A stretch of 64,000 nucleotides of DNA from Eledone cirrhosa (lineage: Eukaryota). This document shows positions 28,301 to 41,100 of this stretch, in pieces. Numbering within the stretch: the stretch's first letter is position 1; every line of letters starts with the position of its first letter. The notes under the pieces were generated by a model, which had not been told where the DNA came from, searched no databases, and saw only the letters and a list, made by a program, of their open reading frames with translations. The position numbers were made by a program, and so were the translations under genes. The stretch spans positions 31,310,001 to 31,374,000 of the forward strand of contig OZ024742.1 of NCBI GenBank assembly GCA_964016885.1, read 5' to 3'.

Positions 28301-28820
28301 TTTCCAGAAATCCCTCGCTTGGCAGTGCTACCGGGGGGGCACTGCCGGTTCGGGATAAACTCTACAGGCACGGAAGTGCTGTCAGACGGACCTGCCCAAG
28401 ATGCGCACAGAACGACGAAACCGTTCTGCACGCACTTGTCCAATGTCCGTGCATTACTGACTTGTGGAGTTATGTCGAACAGCTACTGTCGCGTGTGGAA
28501 CGAATCCAGTTATCGGCCGAGTCCATAGTGAAGATCGAGCCGCCACCTTCCTTAGGTCAGGAAGAGCAGGACATTTTCCTCTGTCTGGTGGCAGTTGCGA
28601 AAGAGATTATATGGTGGACCAGGTTGAAAGGACTAAAGACAGACACTTTTCTCTTCGGCCAATCCCTCATCAACTTCTTCAAGTTTCACCTGGAAAGGAG
28701 GGTGAGGGTAGAGAGAGAAGTGCTGCCCCCTCCCCCCCCCCCAGTACATTTGCTAAAAGGTGGGTGAATGTGGCGAGAATGGCTCGTGTGAATGGGCCTA
28801 CTCTGACCATGCGCCTATAG
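25386..28820 (+). CDS. Tx1/L1 ORF2: APE endonuclease, reverse transcriptase, C-terminal CCHC; two homopolymer frameshifts near the 3' end
   Basis: SLNVRGL, SETR, AGDWN, SYIDRIF, SDHK, GYWKLN, KSPGLDGLP, FRPITLLN, LDQSKAFDRVDH, VRQGC, YADD, CPRCAQNDETVLHALVQC; frame changes at G7 28333-28339 and C-run 28726-28742. Confidence 0.9.
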
Positions 28821-29120
28821 GCTAGCTAACTTGAGGAGAGGGGTGCTCTCCTGGGTGCCCTAGAAGCGCAGGGTGGTTCAGGATTGGTGGGGTACCCGAA
28901 TCACCCCAGGGTCGTCCACCCCCTATCGGGGAATTTATTTTGTTATATTTTGCATAGTTTATTTTATATTTTATATTTTCATTGTTAACTTAGTCTTGCC
29001 ATTGTGCACTTTTACTCGACCTTATTGTAAACCCCCACTGTCCCTGTCTTTGTATTGTCCCCTACATGTCGGCCCTTGTGGCTAATAAATGAAATCATTA
29101 TTATTATTATTATTATTATT

Positions 29121-32100
29121 GTTATTGTTATTCCTTGAATCTCAGTCATTGATGTTGGTTAACTGGAAAGTCCGTTGGATTGAATATCAAGCCACTACCT
29201 GCAGCCTCAGATATTCAGGACGTATCGGAGGGTTCTTGCCGTTCCAAGCAAGCATGCCTTTTGAAGCGTTCCAAAAAGCGTGAAGGGGCCGATTTTCTTT
29301 AACCATCCCTGGAAACCTTTGGAGATAGTCCCCAGTGCGCCTATGACAATCGGGATCACTTTGACTTCATGGCAGTTCCAAATCCTTTTCACCTCCCACT
29401 TTAGGTCCTGGTATCGGTTAATTTTCTCCCTCTCCTTCTCTTGCACTCTCGTGTCGAACGGGCAGGCCACATCCACAATCAGGCACGATCTTTTTTCTTT
29501 GTCCACAACCACCAGGTCAGGTCTATTGTGTTCCAGTTTTTTGTCCGTCTGTATCCTAAAATCCCACAGCACCTTCACCTGACTGTTCTCCATCACCGCC
29601 TCTGGCCTATGCTCATACCATTTCTCAGAATGTGGTAGATTGTTTACTTTGCACAGGTGCCAGTGGATCACCCTGCCCATCACATCGTGTCTCCAGCCCT
29701 TATAGTGGGTCTGGGCTAGGTGTTTACACTCGGACACAATGTGAGCCACAGTCTCCTCTCTCTCTCCACAGATCCTGCACAGTGGGCTAGCCTCCTCCTT
29801 GTAGATATGGTGCTTCAACCACTTCGTTTTGAGGGCCTGCTCCTGCGCAGCCATTAGCATTCCTTCTGTAGCCTTTTTGAGGTCTCCTCTTCTCAACCAG
29901 TTCCATGTCTGTGGATCTCTAAATTCAGTTTTCTCAAAGAAGGTACTATGAAGGGATTTTCCCTTAAGGCTGCTCTTCCTCCTTGATGTTATTTCCTCCT
30001 TGGGTATCCCCTGGCCTACTCTCCCCTCCTTCAGTACAGCTCTGAGCATTGGCTCCTTACTATAGGTCACGTATTTGTATAGGTTGTTTTTCTCCATCTG
30101 AACACAGTCCTCTATGCTGATAAGACCTCTTCCACCCTCAGATCTCCTTAGGTAGAGTCTATCGACATCACTCCTCTTGTGGAACATGTTGTAGATAGTC
30201 AATAGCTTCCTAGTCTTCCTATCCATTTCTTTTTGTTCAGCAACATTCCATCTCAGAATTCCCGCACTGTACCTAATAATAGACACAGCTCGGGAATTTA
30301 CTGCGCTTATGGCATTTCTGCTGTTCAGATGTGACTTCAATACGCTCCTTACTCTCCGAATGTATTCAGTTCTTAACAATTCCTTCATTTTTTTGTTCTT
30401 TATGCCATCAGCCTCCAGAACGCCCAAATACTTGTATCCTTCCTCAGAGTCAATTTCCTTTATCATCTCACCTGTTGGTATCTGGATCCCGTTACTTCTG
30501 CTCAACCTACCCCTCCTCATCACAATGACTCCACATTTACCAATACCAAACTGCATACATATATCACTGCTGAAAATACGGACAGTGTCAACAAGCACAT
30601 CCAACTCCTTCTCACTTTTCCCGAAGAGCTTAAGATCGTCCATGAAGAGGAGGTGATTGATGGTAAGCTCTCCCCTTCCCAACTTGTATCCTGCTCTCAC
30701 TTTTCGCAGCATAATGGTCAAGGGCATCAGGGCAAGGACAAACAACAGAGGGGACAGGCTATCTCCCTGGAAGATACCTCTCTTGATCTTCACGCTTCCC
30801 AAGGATACTCCAGTTGATGTCAACTCTGTCTCCCAGGACCCCATACTCCTGCCCAGCAACTCTCTGATGTTATCTGCCACCCTGAAGATCTCCAGGCTTT
30901 TGGTGATCCAGGAATGAGGCACCATGTCAAATGCCTTTCTGTAGTCTATCCATCCCATGGCAAGATCAGTGTGTCTCCTCCTGCAATTCCCCATTACCAT
31001 CTTATCAATAAGCAACTGGTCCTTTGTACCACGTGACTTCTTTCGGCATCCTTTCTGTTCGTCCGGCAACAAGTTGTTTGTGTGGAGGTGATGGTAGATT
31101 TCCTCAGACACAATGCTCGTCAACAGTTTCCACATTACGGGCAGACATGTGATAGGTCTATAGTTGGTAACATCATTACCCTTGATTCGGTCTTTCATTA
31201 TCAGAACTGTGGTACCTTTTGTCAACCACTCTGGCACCTCACCCGACACCAAGCAGTCATTGAACATGGCCGTCAGCTTCGGGTGGAGGGATGTTAAATG
31301 TTTAATCCAATACCCCTGCACACCATCTGGGCCTGGTGATTTCCAGTTGGTTAGTTTTTTGGCTTGCCCCTTAAGAGTTTCAACTGTGATACTCAAATCA
31401 GTCTGTTGCTGTGCCTGCTCACCGATCTCCCTCTGTACTGTCTCAATCCACCCTGCCTGGGCATTGTGTCTAACATCCTGCTCCCATATTCCTCTCCAGA
31501 ATGTTTTAGCTTGTTCCGCCCCAGGGATCAAGTCGGTGCCTCTTTCTTTCCCCTCAAGCTGTCCAAACAGCATCTTCTGGTTGTTGTCGAACATGCGGTT
31601 CTGTTTATACTGACTGACTCTGTTCTCGTATCGCCTGATTTTGGCACTCTTTGCTACAATGCGTTGCTTCAATTCCTCTATGATAATATTTAGCTTTTTA
31701 CTCCTAGTTTTGTATTTTATTTCCAGTCTATTTTTAGTGCCTATGTTTTTTAGTGTCCCATTCAGTAGTGACTCAAGCTTTCCTATGTCATTTCTCATTT
31801 CCCCGATTTGCCCACTCAGTCGCTTCTTCCACCACGGCTCTGCTCTTTCTTGTCTGTTGTTTCCTCTCGCTTTTATACCAAGTAGTTTCCTCACCGTATT
31901 TGCTGTTGCTTTGAGGATATTGTTGCACTGGTGAAGACTCCTCGCCTCAAGGTATGGGATGACTTTGTTTACCTTAGCTGTTGTTTCTTTTAACTTTTTC
32001 CTGTCTACAAATCTTAGGTTCATAGGTCTCCCACTATCATTGTTCAACTCATCTACCACTAAATTTAGGATGTCAACCGAATCTTGTCCTAGCCCGTCAG

Positions 32101-32985
32101 CATTCATCTCCTCAGTGGCCGTATCTCTGTTCCAGGTATTATTTATCTCAGTATTCAGATCATTGTCTGCTTCGGGTGGTTCCTCCGCTCTCAGGACCTC
32201 CTCACCTTCATTTCCCGCCGGCTCGCTTGTCTGGCATACTACACCCGCCATCTCCAAGCCATTCTCTCTGCTCAGTTCCTCCAGTTCCAGCTCGCTTATC
32301 CACCCATTAGTTCTTATTACCCGAGCCTGCCCGGCCAATTTTTGTTCATCTAATTTAAATAAACCAATCTCGTTCCAGATGTTATGCATCCGTCTCCTGT
32401 AGCCCCTCTCCTTGGGGTTACTTTTCAGGTAGCATTGCATAACAGTTCTATTCAATTCTTTCGTCCAGTTGGTTCTGGCCCCTTTCCTTCTTCTTCTTCC
32501 TCCAACATCAGCAGTATTTCGTTGACAGTCAGGTTCCTGCTGCTGAGCCAGGGGGCACCTGTTGGGTGAGAGTCTGTCACATGACGTTCTAGTCTCCATT
32601 TCACCGTTATTCGAACTGTTTATGTTCGATATTTAAACACTCTTATCGAGGATTGGCGAATGTATGTTTACATAGCCATCTGTGGATCCGCCATCCCACT
32701 TGGCCCTTGTGTGGCATTATCACCACGCTGTATACGGACACACATAAACAAACAAACACACGGGCAGAAAGGGCCCCAAAAATGAATAAGCATAAGTTTC
32801 ATTGTAATGTAGTATTCGAATGTCTGACTTAGTTTTTGTTTTTTAAGTTTTACTTTTTCCCCCCTCTTCTCTGTCCGTCCGCCTGCCTCTCTCTTCATTC
32901 TTATTTTCTTTACGTTTTGGGGGTTTCTTTTTTTGTTTTTGTTTTTCTCTGTTTTTCTCGTTTTTTACTGTTGTTGCTGTGCTGC
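29121..32985 (-). mobile_element. Apparently full-length R4/Dong-type (REL-endonuclease) non-LTR retrotransposon flanked by (TAA)n
   Basis: Single long ORF, ~385-nt 5' UTR, short 3' UTR ending in AATAACAATAAC(AAT)n; (TTA)n tracts on both sides (29097-29120, 32986-33047). Confidence 0.92.
29207..32599 (-). CDS. R4/Dong-type polyprotein, 1130 aa: N-terminal Myb-like region, reverse transcriptase, CCHC knuckle, PD-(D/E)xK endonuclease
   Basis: Motifs KSPGPDGV, NYRPITCL, IDYRKAFDMVPH, GIFQGDSLSPLLF, FMDD, CRICGEREETVAHIVSEC, RHD, RPDLVV, DVACP, EKINRYQDL; no stops. Confidence 0.95.
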   Translation of the reverse strand: METRTSCDRLSPNRCPLAQQQEPDCQRNTADVGGRRRRKGARTNWTKELNRTVMQCYLKSNPKERGYRRRMHNIWNEIGLFKLDEQKLAGQARVIRTNGWISELELEELSRENGLEMAGVVCQTSEPAGNEGEEVLRAEEPPEADNDLNTEINNTWNRDTATEEMNADGLGQDSVDILNLVVDELNNDSGRPMNLRFVDRKKLKETTAKVNKVIPYLEARSLHQCNNILKATANTVRKLLGIKARGNNRQERAEPWWKKRLSGQIGEMRNDIGKLESLLNGTLKNIGTKNRLEIKYKTRSKKLNIIIEELKQRIVAKSAKIRRYENRVSQYKQNRMFDNNQKMLFGQLEGKERGTDLIPGAEQAKTFWRGIWEQDVRHNAQAGWIETVQREIGEQAQQQTDLSITVETLKGQAKKLTNWKSPGPDGVQGYWIKHLTSLHPKLTAMFNDCLVSGEVPEWLTKGTTVLIMKDRIKGNDVTNYRPITCLPVMWKLLTSIVSEEIYHHLHTNNLLPDEQKGCRKKSRGTKDQLLIDKMVMGNCRRRHTDLAMGWIDYRKAFDMVPHSWITKSLEIFRVADNIRELLGRSMGSWETELTSTGVSLGSVKIKRGIFQGDSLSPLLFVLALMPLTIMLRKVRAGYKLGRGELTINHLLFMDDLKLFGKSEKELDVLVDTVRIFSSDICMQFGIGKCGVIVMRRGRLSRSNGIQIPTGEMIKEIDSEEGYKYLGVLEADGIKNKKMKELLRTEYIRRVRSVLKSHLNSRNAISAVNSRAVSIIRYSAGILRWNVAEQKEMDRKTRKLLTIYNMFHKRSDVDRLYLRRSEGGRGLISIEDCVQMEKNNLYKYVTYSKEPMLRAVLKEGRVGQGIPKEEITSRRKSSLKGKSLHSTFFEKTEFRDPQTWNWLRRGDLKKATEGMLMAAQEQALKTKWLKHHIYKEEASPLCRICGEREETVAHIVSECKHLAQTHYKGWRHDVMGRVIHWHLCKVNNLPHSEKWYEHRPEAVMENSQVKVLWDFRIQTDKKLEHNRPDLVVVDKEKRSCLIVDVACPFDTRVQEKEREKINRYQDLKWEVKRIWNCHEVKVIPIVIGALGTISKGFQGWLKKIGPFTLFGTLQKACLLGTARTLRYVLNI

Positions 32986-33047
<62 letters not shown>

Positions 33048-33150
33048 TCCTGTTAGGCACAAGTCTTATCAACATATTCAAGTAGCACTTGAAGATGAAG
33101 GAAGATCAGGGTAGAAAGGGAAGAGAAGGGGAGTTACCTTCCGTTTGTAA

Positions 33151-33306
33151 ATCTTATGGCAGGTAGGTGACGTGCTAGTTCTGTGTTCTGTGTTTCGCCT
33201 TTTTGTACATAAGAAAAAAGAATGTATGTATGTATATATATATGTGTGTGTGTGTGTATGTATATATATATATGTGTATATGTGTGTATGCATTTATGTA
33301 TGAACG

Positions 33307-33362
<56 letters not shown>

Positions 33363-33508
33363 TACATTCATACACACATATACACATATATATATATACA
33401 TACACACACACACACACATATATATACATACATACATTCTTTTTTCTTATGTACAAAAAGGCGAAACACAGAACACAGAACTAGCACGTCACCTACCTGC
33501 CATAAGAT
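33151..33508. repeat. Palindrome centred on a (TA)n tract
   Basis: ATCTTATGGCAGG..AAGAATG is mirrored at 33435-33508, and the inner TG/TA pattern is mirrored too. Confidence 0.9.
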
Positions 33509-33616
33509 ATTATGGAATACTGTTGGCTTATATATTTATATATATGTGTGTGTGTGTATGTATATATATATATATATGTATATATGTATATATATATGTG
33601 TGTGTATGTATGTATG

Positions 33617-33661
<45 letters not shown>

Positions 33662-34041
33662 ATGTATATGTATACATGTGTTTGTGTGTGTGTTTGTGTA
33701 CTACTATTGTGGCAGTTCACTGTACTTAATGTTTGCGTTTTTACAAGAGAAACGATGAAATAGATGAGATAACTGAATGATGAACTGGTGAGGTTACAGA
33801 GTAAAGAAAATGATGAAATGTTAGAAGTAATGTTATTACACATCGTATATATGAGTAGAATGTTGGGCTTGCAATAGACAGGTTGTGAGTTCGATTCTCG
33901 GACTGGGTGATGCGTTGTTGTCTCCTTGAACAAGACACTTTATTTCACGTTGTTCCAGTTTACTCAGTTGCGACGTCACGGGTGCCAAACTGTATTGGCC
34001 ATTGCTTGTCTCTTGGATAATATTACACACACATACACACA

Positions 34042-34082
<41 letters not shown>

Positions 34083-34213
34083 ATAATAATAAATGTGAAA
34101 AGTAAAATCCAAAGAGGGCTCGATAAGGATTAAGCAAAGAATCGCTGCTTTCACACTTAACGGGATCTTCTTTGCTTAAACTTTAATCTGTTATTTTAAT
34201 ATATATATATATA

Positions 34214-34258
<45 letters not shown>

Positions 34259-34270
34259 ACTTAATTATTT

Positions 34271-34420
<150 letters not shown>

Positions 34421-34475
34421 AATAATTAAGTCAAATATGTAAAATTTGGCTTCGTTTATTATAAATTATAGATAT

Positions 34476-34530
34476 ACTGCTATATATATTTCGGTGACAG
34501 CCATCATTGGCTTTGACCTCTTCAGGCAGT
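34476..34530 (-). ncRNA. Type I hammerhead ribozyme motif (CUGAAGA variant)
   Basis: ACTGC-CTGAAGA-GGTCAAAGCCAATGATGGCTGTCACC-GAAA-TATATA-TA-GCAGT. Confidence 0.8.
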
Positions 34531-34712
34531 CCGAATTGGTGTGGTAGAGACAGGTACACATGTTGTTGAAGTGTGTTTTACTCCGTCAATACATCGATAT
34601 GTCCAGCTCCTGGTTGTGTTGTTATTTCTCTGAGGAACTGGAATCATATGAGTTAGAACAAACGAATTTCGACGTCATAGCACACGCTCGCATCCCATTA
34701 GTCAGTATATGT

Positions 34713-34765
<53 letters not shown>

Positions 34766-35215
34766 ACCCCGACGGCTGAGCTCCGGCCGTTTCGACAGCT
34801 AGATCATATATATATATATGTGTGTGTGTGTGTGTTGTTACTTCACTGGTACCAAGCTGTATTGGCCATTGCTTGTCTCTTGGACAACATCGGTAACGTG
34901 GGAGGGGTGACTGCTATGCATGGGCAACTGTTGGTCTTCCACAAACAAACCTTGCCCGGATTTGTGCGACGCAGGGGAAAATCTCTAGGGAAACAAATTT
35001 GGGGAAACAAATCCTACCATCATTCGTGAGCGAAGAGGGTCTTAACCCTTACCCTGTTTATGAAGGAGAACTTGAAGAATGTAAGAAACATGAAGGTCTC
35101 ACCGTGGAAGCGGCTTTCACGGCTTTCAAAAATATGGGATAGTATGAGAACGTTTGAGCAAAACAGACTAATGTAAGAAGATATTAAGACCTGGTGAGGT
35201 ATTAGGAGTGCTGAT

Positions 35216-38115
35216 GATACACACTACTGTAATACACACTACTGTAATACACACTACTGTAATGCACACTACTGTAATACACACTACTGTAATACACACT
35301 ACTGTAATACACACTACTGTAATATACACTACTGTAATATACACTACTGTAATACACACTACTGTAATACACACTACTGTAATACACACTACTGTAATAC
35401 ACACTACTGTAATATACACTACTGTAATATACACTACTGTAATACACACTACTGTAATACACACTACTGTAATACACACTACTGTAATACACACTACTGT
35501 AATATACACTACTGTAATATACACTACTGTAATATACACTACTGTAATACACACTACTGTAATACACACTACTGTAATACACACTACTGTAATACACACT
35601 ACTGTAATACACACTACTGTAATACACACTACTGTAATATACACTACTGTAATATACACTACTGTAATACACACTACTGTAATACACACTACTGTAATAC
35701 ACACTACTGTAATATACACTACTGTAATACACACTACTGTAATATACACTACTGTAATATACACTACTGTAATACACACTACTGTAATATACACTACTGT
35801 AATACACACTACTGTAATACACACTACTGTAATACACACTACTGTAATATACACTACTGTAATACACACTACTGTAATACACACTACTGTAATACACACT
35901 ACTATAATACACACTACTGTAATACACACTTCTGTGATACACACTACTGTAATATACACTAGTGTAATACACACTACTGTAATACACACTACTGTAATAC
36001 ACACTTCTGTAATACACACTACTGTAATACACACTACTGTAATACACACTACTGTAATACACACTACTGTAATACACACTACTGTAATATACACTACTGT
36101 AATATACACTACTGTAATACACACTACTGTAATACACACTACTGTAATACACACTTCTGTAATACACACTACTGTAATACACACTACTGTAATACACACT
36201 ACTGTAATACACACTACTGTAATATACACTACTGTAATATACACTACTGTAATATACACTACTGTAATATACACTACTGTAATACACACTACTGTAATAC
36301 ACACTACTGTAATACACACTACTGTAATACACACTACTGTAATACACACTACTGTAATACACACTACTGTAATATACACTACTGTAATACACACTACTGT
36401 AATACACACTACTGTAATACACACTACTGTAATACACACTACTGTAATACACACTACTGTAATATACACTACTGTAATACACACTACTATAATATACACT
36501 ACTGTAATATACACTACTGTAATACACACTACTGTAATACACACTACTGTAATACACACTACTGTAATACACACTACTGTAATACACACTACTGTAATAT
36601 ACACTACTGTAATACACACTACTGTAATACACACTACTGTAATACACACTTCTGTAATACACACTACTGTAATACACACTACTGTAATACACACTACTGT
36701 AATACACACTACTGTAATATACACTACTGTAATATACACTACTGTAATATACACTAATGTAATATACACTACTGTAATACACACTACTGTAATACACACT
36801 ACTGTAATACACACTACTGTAATACACACTACTGTAATACACACTACTGTAATATACACTACTGTAATACACACTACTGTAATACACACTACTGTAATAC
36901 ACACTACTGTAATACACACTACTGTAATACACACTACTGTAATACACACTACTGTAATATACACTACTGTAATATACACTACTGTAATACACACTACTGT
37001 AATACACACTACTGTAATACACACTACTGTAATACACACTACTGTAATACACACTACTGTAATATACACTACTGTAATATACACTACTGTAATATACACT
37101 ACTGTAATATACACTACTGTAATACACACTACTGTAATATACACTACTGTAATATACACTACTGTAATACACACTACTGTAATACACACTACTGTAATAC
37201 ACACTACTGTAATACACACTACTGTAATACACACTACTGTAATACACACTACTGTAATACACACTACTGTAATATACACTACTGTAATACACACTACTGT
37301 AATACACACTACTGTAATACACACTTCTGTAATACACACTACTGTAATACACACTACTGTAATACACACTACTGTAATACACACTACTGTAATATACACT
37401 ACTGTAATATACACTACTGTAATATACACTACTGTAATACACACTACTGTAATACACACTACTGTAATACACACTACTGTAATACACACTACTGTAATAT
37501 ACACTACTGTAATACACACTACTGTAATACACACTACTGTAATACACACTACTGTAATACACACTACTGTAATACACACTACTGTAATATACACTACTGT
37601 AATACACACTACTGTAATATACACTACTGTAATATACACTACTGTAATACACACTACTGTAATACACACTACTGTAATACACACTACTGTAATACACACT
37701 ACTGTAATACACACTACTGTAATATACACTACTGTAATATACACTACTGTAATACACACTACTATAATACACACTACTGTCATATACACTACTGTAATAC
37801 ACACTTCTGTAATACACACTACTGTAATATACACTACTGTAATATACACTACTGTAATACACACTACTGTAATACACACTACTGTAATATACACTACTGT
37901 AATACACACTTCTGTAATACACACTACTGTAATATACACTACTGTAATATACACTACTGTAATACACACAACTGTAATACACACTACTGTAATACACACT
38001 ACTGTAATACACACTACTGTAATATTCACTACTGTAATACACACTACTGTAATACACACTACTGTAATACACACTACTGCAATACACACTACTGTAATAC
38101 ACACTACTGTAATAC
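35216..38115. repeat. 15-bp satellite A (ACACTACTGTAATAY), ~190 units
   Basis: Directly visible tandem array, highly homogeneous with one C/T dimorphic site. Confidence 0.98.
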
Positions 38116-41100
38116 AAATCATGTTAACACACACCGTAGTATTACACACTATTGCATTACACATCGTGTATTTCATACGTGTATTAAATACGGAGGTAAT
38201 ACACATCACGGTATTACACCATACATTACACACTGAGGTATTACACACTATCGTATTACACACTATATACTACATACCGTGTATTACATACTATGGTATT
38301 ACACACTATGGTATTACACACTGAGGTATTACATACTGAGGTATTACACACTGTGTATTGCATACACTCTGAGATACTACACACTTTGGTATTACACACT
38401 ATGGTACTACACACTATGGTACTACACACTATGGTACTACACACTATGGTATTACACACTATGGTATTACACACTATGGTATTACACACTATGGTACTAC
38501 ACACTATGGTACTACACACTATGGCACTACACACTATAGTACTACACACTATGGTACTACACACTATGGTACTACACGCTATGGTATTACACACTATCGT
38601 ACTACACACTATGGTACTACACACTATGGTATTACACACTTCGGTACTACACCCTATGGTACTACACACTATAGTATCACACACGATGGTACTACACACT
38701 ATGGTATTACACACTATGGTACTACACACTATGGTACTACACGCTATGGTATTACACACTATGGTACTACACACTATGGTACTACACACTATGGTACTAC
38801 ACACTATGGTACTACACACTATGGTACTACACACTATGGTACTACACACTTTGGTATTACACACTATGGTATTACACACTATGGTACTACACACTATGGT
38901 ATTACACACTATGGTACTACACACTATGGTATTACACACTATGGTATTACACACTATGGTACTACACACTATGGTACTACACACTATGGGACTACACACT
39001 ATGGTATTACACACTATGGTACTACACACTATGGTAATACACACTATGGTACTACACACTATGGTATTGCACACTATGGTAATACACACTATGGTACTAC
39101 ACACTATGGTAATACACACTATGGTACTACACACTTTGGTACTACACACTTTGGTAATACACACTATGGTACTACACACTTTGGTACATCACACTTTGGT
39201 ATTACACACTATGGTCCTACACACTATGGTATTACACACTATGGTACTACATACTATGGTACTACACACTATGGAACTACACACTATGGTACTACACACT
39301 ATGGTACTACACACTTTGGTACTACACACTATGGTACTACACACTATGGTACTACACACTATGGTACTACACACTATGGTACTACACACTTTGGTATTAC
39401 ACACTATGGTATTACACACTATGGTACTACACACTATGGTATTACACACTATGGTACTACACACTATGGTATTACACACTATGGTATTACACACTATGGT
39501 ACTACACACTATGGTACTACACACTATGGGACTACACACTATGGTATTACACACTATGGTATTACACACTATGGTACTACACACTATGGTAATACACACT
39601 ATGGTACTACACACTATGGTATTGCACACTATGGTAATATACACTATGGTACTACACACTATGGTAATACACACTATGGTACTACACACTTTGGTACTAC
39701 ACACTTTGGTAATACAAACTATGGTACTACACACTTTGGTACATCACACTTTGGTATTACACACTATGGTCCTACACACTATGGTATTACACACTATGGT
39801 ACTACATACTATGGTACTACACACTATGGTATTACACACTATGGTACTACACACTTTGGTATTACACACTATGGTACTACACACTATGGTATTACACACT
39901 ATGGTACTACACACTATGGTACTACACACTATGGTATTACATACTATGGTACTACACACTATGGTACTACACACCATGGTATTACACACTATGGTACTAC
40001 ACACTATGGTACTACACACTTTGGTACTACACACTATTGTACTACATACTATGGTACTACATACTATGGTATTACACACTATGGTACTACACACTATGGT
40101 ACTACACACTATGGTAATACACACTATGGTATTACACCCTTTGGTATTACACACTATGGTATTACACACTGTGGTACTACACACTATGGTACTACATACT
40201 ATGGTACTACACACTATGGTACTACACACTATGGTACTACACACTATGGTACTACACACTTTGGTATTACACACTATGGTACTACACACTATGGTACTAC
40301 ACACTATGGTACTACACACTTTGGTACTACACACTATTGTACTACATACTATGGTACTACATACTATGGTATTACACACTATGGTATTACACACTATGGT
40401 ACTACACATTTGGTACTACACACTATGGTACTACACACTATGGTACTACACACTATGGTACTACACACTATGGTACTACACACTTTGGTATTACACACTA
40501 TGGTACTACATACTATGGTACTACAGACTTTGGTACTACACACTATGGTATTACACACTATGGGACTACACATTTGGTACTACACACTATGGTACTACAC
40601 ACTATGGTACTACACACTTTGGAATTACACACTATGGTACTACACACTATGGTATTACACACTTTGGTATTACACACTATGGTATTACACACTATGGTAC
40701 TACACACTATAATACTACACACTTTCGTATTACACACTATGGTACTACACACTATGGTACTACACACTATGACACTACACACTATGGTACTACACACTAT
40801 GGTACTACAGACTATGGTATTACACACTATGGTATTACACACAATGGTACTACACACTATGGTATTACACACTATGGTACTACACACTATGGTACTACAT
40901 ACTATGGTACTACACACTATGGTACTACATACTATGGTACTATACACTTTGGTACTACACACTATGGTACTACACACTATGGTACTACACACTTTGGTAT
41001 TACACACTATGGTATTACACACTATGGTACTACATACTATGGTACTACACACTTTGGTATTACACACTATGGTACTGCACACTATGGTACTAAACACTTT

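Larger units (their letters stand above)
24646..29096 (+). mobile_element. Tx1/L1-clade LINE, 5'-truncated within ORF1, ending in AATAAA and (ATT)n
   Basis: ORF1 C-terminal remnant, ORF2 with APE endonuclease and RT, structured 3' UTR ending GGCCCTTGTGGCTAATAAATGAAATC(ATT)n. Confidence 0.9.

Noticed and set aside
19464-32569. Short antisense and overlapping ORFs within the LINEs
   Set aside because: Shadow ORFs of the retrotransposon coding strands with no recognisable motifs.
32600-32985. HDV-like ribozyme in the R4/Dong 5' UTR
   Set aside because: I could not build the nested double pseudoknot on the element strand; the GGCGAAT word is on the opposite strand.
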